Below are positions 1 through 8,844 of a stretch of DNA of 64,000 bases, in pieces (the stretch's first letter is position 1; every line of letters begins with the position of its first letter). The position numbers and the translations under genes were made by a program. The stretch spans positions 64,001 through 128,000 of the forward strand of contig JBBQUR010000008.1 in NCBI GenBank assembly GCA_038212275.1, written 5' to 3'. The DNA comes from Planctomycetota bacterium (GTDB lineage: Bacteria > Planctomycetota > B15-G4). The notes beneath the pieces are model-generated. The model had not been told where the DNA came from, did not search any database, and saw only the letters and a program-made list of their open reading frames with translations.

Positions 1-886
1 GGCGCGGCAGGGCCTGTGGATGAACGGCGTGCTGAAGATCCCGATGCAGTTCTTCATCCTGCTGACGGGCGTGCTCGTCTACGTCTTCTACCTGCTCCAC
101 CCCACGCCGCTGCACTGGAACGAGTCGAACCTCGTCGCCGCGCGCGAGCTGGACAGGAGCTCGCTGACCGCCACGCTGGAGGCCGAGCACGCCGCGACGA
201 TGCAGGAGCGCCGGCAGAAGACCGAGGATGTCGTGGCGGCGTGGCGCATCGAGGATTCCGCGCGCGCCGACGCGGCGCTGGCGGACGTGCAGCGGCTGGA
301 CGCTCGCGACGCCGTGTTGCAGGCCGAGTTCCGCACGCGCCTGGTGGAGCTGGATCCCGACGCCGAGATCAACGACAAGGACTACATCTTCATCAGCTTC
401 ATCATGGACCACCTGCCCGTGGGCATCATCGGGCTGCTGCTCGCGATGATCTTCTGCGCCGGCATGAGCAGCACCAGCGCCGAACTCTCCGCGCTGGCCA
501 CCACGAGCACCGTCGACGTCCTGCGCACACCGCGCAGCGACGCGTCACAAGTGCGCGCGACGCAGTGGGCCACGGTGCTCTTCGGCGTGCTCGCGCTCGG
601 CTTCGCCGCGATCTTCTCGCTGTTCGAGAACCTCATCCAGGCGGTCAACATCCTGGGCTCGCTCTTCTACGGCACGATCCTCGGGATCTTTCTCGTGGCC
701 TTCTTCGTGAAGCACGTCAAGGGCACCGCCGTCTTCGTCGCCGCGTTGATCGCGCAGGCGGCGATCCTCGTCATCCACTTCACGGACATCCACATCGCCT
801 TCCTCTGGTACAACCTCATCGCGCCGGCGATCGTCATCGTGCTGAGCATCGCCCTGCAGGCGTTGCAGCCGCGCAGCGCAGACTGA
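1..886 (+). CDS. Sodium:solute symporter family protein, C-terminal part (5' end outside window)
   Basis: Frame open from window start; multiple TM helices; 'NGVLKIPMQFFIL', 'GIIGLLLAMIFCAGMSSTSAELSALATTS', 'GSLFYGTILGIFL' are typical of SSS permeases. Confidence 0.85.
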   Translation, partial: ARQGLWMNGVLKIPMQFFILLTGVLVYVFYLLHPTPLHWNESNLVAARELDRSSLTATLEAEHAATMQERRQKTEDVVAAWRIEDSARADAALADVQRLDARDAVLQAEFRTRLVELDPDAEINDKDYIFISFIMDHLPVGIIGLLLAMIFCAGMSSTSAELSALATTSTVDVLRTPRSDASQVRATQWATVLFGVLALGFAAIFSLFENLIQAVNILGSLFYGTILGIFLVAFFVKHVKGTAVFVAALIAQAAILVIHFTDIHIAFLWYNLIAPAIVIVLSIALQALQPRSAD

Positions 887-982
887 GGCGCGGGGCCCTT
901 TGCATCCGCGCAGCGCCGACCGAGGCGCCGGGCCCGTTGCATCCGCGCAGCGCCGACTGACGCGCCGGGCCCTTTGCAGCCC
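863..982. repeat. 37-bp imperfect tandem repeat, 3 copies plus a partial, starting in the last codons of the symporter
   Basis: Units TTGCA(G/T)CCGCGCAGCGC(A/C)GAC(T/C)GA(G/C)GCGC(G/C)GGGCCC(T/G) start at 863, 900, 937; partial at 974. Confidence 0.9.
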
Positions 983-984
983 GC

Positions 985-1797
985 TCAGCAGCGGAGGCGT
1001 TGCGGCTCGCGCGAGCGCTCGTGGGCCGCGGGCGACGCGAAGCCCTTGGACGTCGAGTGCGCCCAGGTCTTCTCGATGTATTGCGCGGCGTCGGGCGTCC
1101 TGCACGCGGTGTCGCCGTGATCGACGACGACCTTGCCGATCCGTTTCGCGGTGGCCGTGGCGGCCTTGCGCAGCGCGGCGTTGCGGCTGCCGATCACGAT
1201 GACGGCCATGTTCATGGCCTCGCGCTCGGCATTCGGCGCGCCGGCGAGGCGCTTCTCGATGTGCGCGAGGCGCTCCAGGAAGTAGGCGTCGGGCAGCGTG
1301 TCGTCGCGCATCGCCATCTGGCCGAGCAGCGCCCAGCCTGCGGCGCGCGTCGGCTCGGCCGCGGCGGCAAGCCACGTCTTCGCCTTGGCCGCGGCGTGCG
1401 GTCCTTCACCCGCCAGCATGGCGACGTAGCCACCGCACATCCGCGCCGACGTCGCGGCCGCCCAGCGGTCGAGATCGCCGGAGCTCATCCGCGCGGGGTC
1501 CGCGATCTTGACGGCGAGGTTCCGCGCATCGAAGTTGCCGGTGTCCCAGAGCGCGAGCGCCAGTTCGTGATCGACACCGACGCGCTTCACGAGGACTTTC
1601 AGCGTCGCGAAGCTGACGCCGAACATCGGCTCCGTCGCGCCGTGGCGCGCGTAGGTCTTGCGCGTCTGCGCCGAACCCGCCTTCTCCAGTGCGGCCATCG
1701 CTTCGGTCAGCGACATCCGGCTGCCCGGCTTGCCGGTCTTCGCTGTCCTGGCAGGCTTTGCAGCCTTCGTGGCCGAGGGCTTCCTGGTTGCCGGCAT
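985..1797 (-). CDS. DNA alkylation repair protein (AlkD-like HEAT-repeat family)
   Basis: 'RKTYARHGA..MFGVSFATLKVLVKRVGVDHELALALWDTGNFDAR' and 'IGKVVVDHGDTACRTPDA..YIEK'; start could be the Met at ~1716. Confidence 0.8.
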   Translation of the reverse strand: MPATRKPSATKAAKPARTAKTGKPGSRMSLTEAMAALEKAGSAQTRKTYARHGATEPMFGVSFATLKVLVKRVGVDHELALALWDTGNFDARNLAVKIADPARMSSGDLDRWAAATSARMCGGYVAMLAGEGPHAAAKAKTWLAAAAEPTRAAGWALLGQMAMRDDTLPDAYFLERLAHIEKRLAGAPNAEREAMNMAVIVIGSRNAALRKAATATAKRIGKVVVDHGDTACRTPDAAQYIEKTWAHSTSKGFASPAAHERSREPQRLRC

Positions 1798-1872
1798 GGC
1801 GCGGCCCTTCCGTCTCGCGGTGAAGGGCTCGCCTCGCCGGACCTCCGGGTCGGGCGGCGCGGCCCGGTCGTG

Positions 1873-3519
1873 TCAGGAAACGAACAGGTGCTGATCGACG
1901 GGGACATTCACGAGATGAGTCGTCGTCCCGTTCGGCCAGGTCACCCACACGTCGCTGACGATGGTAGCCGCCCCCAGGCCGAAGTGCGCCTCGAACGGCC
2001 GGCCCGCCTGGAAGCTGCCGCCCCCGATGACCTCGTGGGTGTACGTCGTCCCGCCCGCGACGACCTGGATTTTGGCGCCGATGGCATCGCGGCTGGAGCC
2101 CGCCCCGCCGATGAGCTCGATGTCGAGCCAGTGATTCGCGGAAGGCGTGTCGTTTCTCAGCAGCACCGGCGCGGCGTTGATGTGCGAGATGAGAAGGTCC
2201 AGGTCTCCGTCCCGATCGACGTCGAAGGCGATGGTCGCGCGCGCATCCCCGATGACCTCCGCCCCCGTGTTCAGCGGCTCGGTGAAGTGTCCCGTGCCGT
2301 CGTTCAGGAACAGGTTGGCGGGTTGATTCACGTACCCGGCCGCGGTGGCCGCGTCGTAGTAGTAGGTGGCGTATTCGTCGAAGCCGTTCACGGCGAAGAG
2401 GTCGCGGTCGCCGTCGTTGTCCACGTCCACCCACTCGGTGCCCCAGCCCCACGCGGTGTCCCAGACGCCACGCGCGGCGGCCTGATCCTGGAAGAACATC
2501 GAGCCGGAAGGCACCAGCTGATTCACGAGCAGCGTGTTGCCGCCGTAGAGGCCCTGCGGGTGCGTCGCGTTCGTGCAGTAAAGGTCGATGTCGCCGTCGT
2601 TGTCGAAGTCGCACGGAGCGATGCCCATGTCGGTGCCGACGTGCGTCGCGCCCGCGACCAGCGTCTTGTCGACGAAGCTGCCGTTGTCATTGCGGTAGTA
2701 CTTGTCCGAGTAACCGTCCACGGCGATGTAGAGGTCCGCATCGCCGTCCTTGTCGAAGTCGCAGAAGATCGGCGTGTAGCAGTTGGATGAGACCTTCTCC
2801 AATCCGACGGCCCGGGTGACGTCCTGGAACTGGAAATTGCCCAGGTTCTTGTACAGGCGGTTGTGTCCCTCGAAATAGGTGTACTTGCCCTGCTGCAAGG
2901 CGCCCCAGAAGGTCACGTAGATGTCGACCAGCCCGTCGCGCTGGTAGTCGGTGAGTCCCATGCCGCCGATGATCAGGCCCGTGGGAGTGAAGCCGGAGGA
3001 TTCGGTCACGTCGGTGAAGGTGCCATCGCCGTTGTTCCGGTAGAGGACCGAGGCGTGATCGACCGTGTCGCAGCGACGATCGTTGGCGATGATCAGATCC
3101 TTCCACCCGTCGTTGTTCAGGTCCACGAACTGGGCCACGCGCCCCACGCCGAGATTGCGCACGCCGGACTGCTCGGTGACGTCGACGAAACCGGCGCCGA
3201 GGTCGTTCCGGTAGAGCACGCTCGGGTGCCGCAGCTGCCCGAGAAACAGCAGGTCGAGATCGCCGTCGTTGTCGTAGTCCGCGACGGCGACTCCGTTGCC
3301 CTGGTTGCGCTGGACGATCTCGAGGCCGGGGACGGCGCTCTCGGGAATGTCCGTGTCCAGGTCCAGGGTCTTTCCGTAGTCGAGCGTGAACGTGATGCCT
3401 GCCGACTGCGTGATGTTCGTGAATGTCACCTGCGCGGCCGCGACTCCGGAAAGCGCCAGGCCTGCACAGCTCGCGAGCAGCCAGATCCGGCTGCGACCTG
3501 CATGGAATGACTTGCTCAT
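1873..3519 (-). CDS. Secreted CRTAC1-like FG-GAP repeat protein with C-terminal ASPIC/UnbV domain
   Basis: Signal peptide; repeated DxDxDGDxD motifs; C-terminal 'SRDAIGAKI..GGGSFQ..AHFGLG..V.WPNG'. Confidence 0.9.
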   Translation of the reverse strand: MSKSFHAGRSRIWLLASCAGLALSGVAAAQVTFTNITQSAGITFTLDYGKTLDLDTDIPESAVPGLEIVQRNQGNGVAVADYDNDGDLDLLFLGQLRHPSVLYRNDLGAGFVDVTEQSGVRNLGVGRVAQFVDLNNDGWKDLIIANDRRCDTVDHASVLYRNNGDGTFTDVTESSGFTPTGLIIGGMGLTDYQRDGLVDIYVTFWGALQQGKYTYFEGHNRLYKNLGNFQFQDVTRAVGLEKVSSNCYTPIFCDFDKDGDADLYIAVDGYSDKYYRNDNGSFVDKTLVAGATHVGTDMGIAPCDFDNDGDIDLYCTNATHPQGLYGGNTLLVNQLVPSGSMFFQDQAAARGVWDTAWGWGTEWVDVDNDGDRDLFAVNGFDEYATYYYDAATAAGYVNQPANLFLNDGTGHFTEPLNTGAEVIGDARATIAFDVDRDGDLDLLISHINAAPVLLRNDTPSANHWLDIELIGGAGSSRDAIGAKIQVVAGGTTYTHEVIGGGSFQAGRPFEAHFGLGAATIVSDVWVTWPNGTTTHLVNVPVDQHLFVS

Positions 3520-3662
3520 GGTGATTCTCGCCGTGGAGGTGATGCCCGGATCGAAGCGCTTGTGTCAGGACTGCCCGGGGTCGTCTGCGCGGCTCCGTGT
3601 CGTGCGGAGTGACCTGCGTGTTCCGACGACCGGATCCTAGCAGGTTTCGCGCAGTCGTCGAC

Positions 3663-3782
3663 GCCGATGAACCTGCCGATGGACGCGGCGATGGACGCAG
3701 CGGTGAACGCGCCGGTGGGCGTGCCGATGGACGCGCCGGTGGACGCGCCGATGGACTCGCCGATGGACTCGCCGGTCGACGC
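3663..3782. repeat. Intergenic 12-bp tandem repeat, 10 degenerate copies (consensus GCCGATGGACGC)
   Basis: Units read directly at 12-bp spacing from 3663 to 3782. Confidence 0.9.
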
Positions 3783-3818
3783 GCAGGGAGAGGCCCTGTG
3801 GAGCGCGCGCGGGTCCTG

Positions 3819-6698
3819 TCAGTCCGCGTCCAGGGCAGCCCGCACCACCGGCAGCAGCGCGCTCGCGATGACGGCGTGTCCGCCCGGGCGAGGATGGACA
3901 TCATCCTGGAAGAGCGCCGCGCCGCCGGCCGCCTCCAGCAGGGGCGTCGGGTCCACGACGGGAATCCCGCAGCTCACGCCGACGTGATCCATGACCTCGC
4001 GAAACTCGTCCTTCCAGAGGAAGCGACGATCGCCCGCGAGCGGCTCCTTGATCAGGATGAGCTTGAACCGACGCTGCGCGGCAAGCTCCGCGAATCGGCG
4101 CAGCACCCGCTCGAAGCGACGCGGCGGACTGTCGGCCTCGGCGTGGCCCATGGCCGTCCAGAGTTCGCTCGTGCTCCCCTTCCACGACGCGAAGCGGACG
4201 AGGAGCTGCTTCATGACTGCTTCGCCGCGCGTGCAGTCCCACACGATGCGTGCATCGCCGAGCACGGACCTGCTGCGGCCCGGCTCCGCGAGCTCGTCGA
4301 AGAGCGCGTCCTCGTCGCACCTCGTGAGCGCGAAGCCGTCGTTGTAGGAAAGCGAGAGCGTCACGACATCCGGCTGAAAGCCGAGCAACCCGTCACGCAG
4401 CACGCGGAAGAGCCTCGCCCCCGTGGCGCCTTGATACGCCCCGTTGAACACCTCGACCGGCGCGTGCGGCGCGGCGTGAGCGTCGTTGAGCAGCGTCTCG
4501 AGCAGCGCCGGATACTCCTTGTGCTCGCCCTCCGGGATGCCGAAGCCCCACGTGCTTGAACCGCCGAGTGTCAGCACGCGCTGCGTGCCGGCGGGCTTGA
4601 CCGCGGCCAGCGCCTTGCCGCGAAACGTGTGGGCGGCGAGATAGTCGTTCAGCCGCCGGATGAGCGGATGGCGGAGATAGGCGAGCTCCGACTCCATGCG
4701 CTCACCCGACCAGCCGACGTAGTTCCACGAGGACGGCAGCAGCAGCGAGCGATCGCCGCCGCCGGTCAGGACACCGAAGGCGAGCAGCGGCGACGTCACG
4801 AGGACCACCATGAGCAGCACGAGCACGGTCAGGCCGCGAAGCCGCTTCGCGTGAACGACGACGGGAAGCACGAGCAGGATCGCCAGCAGGTATCCGGCCT
4901 TCAGGCCGCTGTCGATCATCGTGTCGGAGGCCGGCGCGGTCAGCGCGCCCGTCACGGCCACCGGCAGCAGCGCGAGCGAGAGCAGCAGCGCGGCGGCGGC
5001 GACGGGGAATCCGCCGAGGACGATGAGCGCCGCGCCGAGCACCACGCTCCAGACCAGGATCATCCCCGCGATCGACAGGCCTTCGGCCGGGACGAGAGCA
5101 CCGCCACTCGTCTCTGCCGGAAGTGAGGTCAGCGTGATCTCCGACAGCGCCACGCTCCCGCGCGCGGCAAGCAGGGCGACGCCAGAGCTCCCGGTCTGCT
5201 CAAACGTCGCAGCGATGTCCTTTCCGTCGATCGACGCGCTGCACCGCGCCCCGCGGATTCTTACCGTCACGTCGCAGGCCTTGCCGGCAGCGACACATCC
5301 TGCAGAACTTCCCGTGGCCTCGAACGTCCGCGAGGTCTCGATCACGAAGGACGAGGCGACGTCCGGGTCGGAGGAGAGCAGCAGCGCGATGCCGCTCGCG
5401 TGTGGCGGCGCCTCCGCGCGGAGCCGCACCTCGAGGACCGAGTCCTTCGACAGGATCGCGGTCGCCGACAGCTCCACGTCCGGACCGTCCGCCGTGGCAA
5501 GCAGTGCATTCCCCGCATCCAGCGTCGCGTGTTCGGGGAGAGCTGCGCCGGCGCGGGGCGCGCTGGAGGCCGGGATCGCACCGGCGTCGTCCGCGGGCTT
5601 CGGGTCCTCCACGACTCGACTCGTCAGCGAGGCCACGCAGAGCATGCAGATGGTCAGCGCGGCAAGGCCCATGCCGACGGCGCCAGGCCTGGCCGGTGCC
5701 GCGCGTGCAATGAGCCGACCTCGCAGCGAGATCACGCCCGCGGCCAGACCGCAGGCGAAGGCTAGACCGATCACCGTGCCGCCGGGATCGACGCCGGTGA
5801 GCCGCCCCACGATCAGGGGCAGCGCCGCGCCCAGGCCCGCCCAGGCCACGGCGTCCGCCAGCTCCCCCGGCGAAGGCCGCCCGAAGCACACGGCGCGCAG
5901 ATACAGGCCGGACGCGAGCAGGCACAGCACGACGAGCAGCGCCTCGCGCGCGTACCGCGTCCACGGACTGTGCGACACGAGGGCCGCCAGCCCGCACGCA
6001 TACGTCGTCGGCCCGGCCTTGCCGCCGCCCTCGCTGCCGGCCTCGCCGCCGGCCTCACGGGACGCGCCGGTGATGCTGACGAATCGCAGCGAGCAGGGGC
6101 CGTTTCGCGTCGTGAACTCCGGAAGATCGAGCCATGGCTCGTTCCAGGCAGCAAGGTCAGGGACGGCGTGCTCCAGCACCGGGCGGCCATCCAGCGAGAC
6201 CGTCACGGTGCCGGCGCCGCGCACGACGAGCAGCTTGAACGCCGCGTAGGAATTCTTGAGCGCACCCGGCACGGCCGTCCGCCCCAGGATGACGGGCGGC
6301 GCGCCGGGCTGGACCGCGGCGAGGAAGAGACCCAGCGGCTCCTCGGCGACGACGCCCAGCACGTACTCCGTCGTCGCGCTCCGATGCAGCAGGATTTCGA
6401 GGATCGACGTGCTCTCCAGTTTTCGCGCTTCGATCCGGGCGCTCTGCCACTGAAAACGCGGCGGCAGTTCGCGGAAGCGGAAGCAGTCGCCGGGGCCGAT
6501 CGTGAGCCCGCCCAGCTGGAGCGGGGCGGACAGGATCTCTCCGTCGGAAGCGACCGCCTCCCAGCAGTCGCCGCGCGCCGTCACGCGCTCGTCAAGGCGC
6601 GATGCGCTGACTCGCGAGGTCACGAACGACGCCGCGCCGAGGCCGATCAGCAGCCACGCGAGCACGCGGCAGACGGTGAGCTTCGCGCGCCGTGGCAT
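3819..6698 (-). CDS. Multi-pass membrane protein with C-terminal SGNH/GDSL hydrolase domain
   Basis: Two TM bundles separated by beta-rich domains; SGNH blocks 'LGGSSTWG', 'NGAYQG', 'LSYND', 'DDVHP'. Confidence 0.8.
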   Translation of the reverse strand: MPRRAKLTVCRVLAWLLIGLGAASFVTSRVSASRLDERVTARGDCWEAVASDGEILSAPLQLGGLTIGPGDCFRFRELPPRFQWQSARIEARKLESTSILEILLHRSATTEYVLGVVAEEPLGLFLAAVQPGAPPVILGRTAVPGALKNSYAAFKLLVVRGAGTVTVSLDGRPVLEHAVPDLAAWNEPWLDLPEFTTRNGPCSLRFVSITGASREAGGEAGSEGGGKAGPTTYACGLAALVSHSPWTRYAREALLVVLCLLASGLYLRAVCFGRPSPGELADAVAWAGLGAALPLIVGRLTGVDPGGTVIGLAFACGLAAGVISLRGRLIARAAPARPGAVGMGLAALTICMLCVASLTSRVVEDPKPADDAGAIPASSAPRAGAALPEHATLDAGNALLATADGPDVELSATAILSKDSVLEVRLRAEAPPHASGIALLLSSDPDVASSFVIETSRTFEATGSSAGCVAAGKACDVTVRIRGARCSASIDGKDIAATFEQTGSSGVALLAARGSVALSEITLTSLPAETSGGALVPAEGLSIAGMILVWSVVLGAALIVLGGFPVAAAALLLSLALLPVAVTGALTAPASDTMIDSGLKAGYLLAILLVLPVVVHAKRLRGLTVLVLLMVVLVTSPLLAFGVLTGGGDRSLLLPSSWNYVGWSGERMESELAYLRHPLIRRLNDYLAAHTFRGKALAAVKPAGTQRVLTLGGSSTWGFGIPEGEHKEYPALLETLLNDAHAAPHAPVEVFNGAYQGATGARLFRVLRDGLLGFQPDVVTLSLSYNDGFALTRCDEDALFDELAEPGRSRSVLGDARIVWDCTRGEAVMKQLLVRFASWKGSTSELWTAMGHAEADSPPRRFERVLRRFAELAAQRRFKLILIKEPLAGDRRFLWKDEFREVMDHVGVSCGIPVVDPTPLLEAAGGAALFQDDVHPRPGGHAVIASALLPVVRAALDAD

Positions 6699-6816
6699 CC
6701 GCGCGAGTGTAAGTCATCACCCGGCGCCCTCCGCGCGGGCGACGACGGCCGTCCGGAGGAAGGGTTCGTGCGCGTGAGGGCACCCGTCGCGCGACCGAGT
6801 CGGCGGGAACTTCGGC

Positions 6817-8772
6817 TCACGGGCCGGCCGTGAAGGAGGGCGCGAGCGTGACGATCAGATCGGGCGCCGACGCATCGCGGCCCGACTCATGCGCTGGCGG
6901 GGCGTTGAAGCGCCGGAGCCACGGCAGGCATCCCTCGACGGACACGGTGCAGACCATCGCACCGTCCGCGATGCGCTCGACGATGGCGAGGCCATGGGCA
7001 TCGGTGACGGCCCCCATGACCATCCCCGTGCCTTCGGTGAACCAGTTCCACGTGGCGTAAGCCCTCGTCCCGCCCGCCGTGAGATCAAGGACACGGTCGC
7101 GCGGCACGCATCAGATGAGCGAGACTTTTGCTCCGGCCACCGGAGTTCCGCTCGCCTGCTGCACACGCACACGCAGTCCGGCAAACGGCTCGACGCGCAC
7201 CTCGGTCACTTCGCCTTCCGTGGCCGAGCGCTCGAGTCCGTCCATCCTCGCGGCCAGGTAGTCGGCAAAGCGAACGACGAGGCTCACGGAGACGCCCGGC
7301 TCGATGCTCTGCCGGAAGGTCCACAGACCGTTGCCGTCCGGCTGGACAGCGAACCCGCTGGCCTCTCCGACGGTCGCGCCCCCGATGGCGCGGAGCACGG
7401 TCAGGCTGCCGGACTTCGTGATCGGCAGGCCGGTGCTCGCGTCCGTGAAACGAAACGCACACTGCACGTCCCGGCGCGCCGGGAGCACCAGCTCAATCGT
7501 CGACGGTGCCTGGAAGACCTGCGGGTCGTACTGGAGAGACATCTCGCTGATCGCGACCGGCCCCGGCGGAAACGGCCCGAGCGAGAAGTGGTTGGACAAT
7601 CCGCTTACCTGCGCCATGTGCTGGCTCGACTCCGCATGGATGGGTGATCCGCCCGGCTGAGCGACGGGCATGCCGTAAATGCTCAGGCTGCCGAGCTCGG
7701 AGTCGTCGTCGTAGCGCACCGTGCCGTCGATGAACGCGCCTTCGTCGAGCACGAGCGTCGTGCTGCGTTCCTCGATCGCATCGGGAAGCAGGACGGAGGC
7801 ATTCAGCAGCATGGGATGCGAGGTCCAGAGGCGAACATCTCCGGCCGGCATCTTGTCGAAGCGGAAGCGGCCCTCGCTGTCGGAGGTGAGTTGCACAGGC
7901 GCCTTCGACGCCACCCCGCCGCTCGTGCACCTTGCCTGCACCGTGCATCCCACGACGGCCGTGCCATCCTTCAACTCCACGCGGCCGCTCACGACGCGGG
8001 CTGGCTGCAGGACGAACGTGTCCATCGTCGTGAGGTGATCAGGCGCAAGCACCCGCGGCTCCGCCGTCACGTCGCAGAAGCCTGCCTTCGTCGCCACGAA
8101 GCGGTAGATCGCTTCCGCAGACAGGAGCGGTACGAGAAAGTGCCCATCCGCTCCGGTGAGCACGCTGACGGTATTGAAGTCGGGCTGCGAGACCATGACG
8201 CCCTCCAGCGGCCGCCCCTCTTCGTCGACGCAGCGACCGGTGACGCCGGGCAGCTTCGACACGTCGAACACGACTTCATTGAGGCCCGCATGCAGGTCCC
8301 GCTCACCACGCCAGACCGTCGCATGCATCGAGAGCAGCACGAGTTCATGCGGGCCGGGTGCGAGCGTCATGGTCACGGCGCTCTCGTCCGCAGCGAGAAC
8401 CACTCTTGCCGGAGCCGACGCCAGTCGCGCCGCGCCGCTCGACGGCTGTGCAGTCAGCTCGGGCAGCGGGCTGCGCCCCATCGGCGCCTTCGCACCGGTC
8501 TAGCGAACGCTGAGAACCGGCTTGCCAGGGTCAGGCGGCGCTTGCCGCGCCCGATCATCGGCCAGCGGAAGCGTCACTCGGGGCGACGTGATCTCCACGG
8601 CCGTGCCCGCCGGCATGGAGAGCGACTCTCCCGCACGGGCCGGCAGAACCTGCGCGACGCCCGGATCGGAACCAGCCGTCGGCGACACATCCGGGCGCAA
8701 CACCAGCCAGGCGGCGACGACTCCGACGAACAAGGCGCCGCCAAGCCATGCCGCTGCCCCTCTGCGCACCAT
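6817..8772 (-). pseudogene. Membrane-anchored carboxypeptidase-regulatory-like (transthyretin-like) repeat protein interrupted by in-frame TAG (8500-8502) and TGA (7111-7113)
   Basis: ORFs 8500..8811, 7111..8481 and 6817..7107 share one frame; repeats 'GRCVDEEGRPLEGV', 'SGRVELKDGTAVVG', 'VRVQQASGTPVAGAKV'; the last repeat continues past the TGA ('GAVTDAHGLA'). Confidence 0.7.
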
Positions 8773-8844
8773 CCCGAACCCTCCTGGGGAATCCGCGATG
8801 AGCGTACACAACTCTTGCGGCCGCGGGCGCCGGCGCTCCTCGTC

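Noticed and set aside
863..982. CRISPR array (37-bp repeats)
   Set aside because: Units are contiguous with no unique spacers, and there are no cas genes
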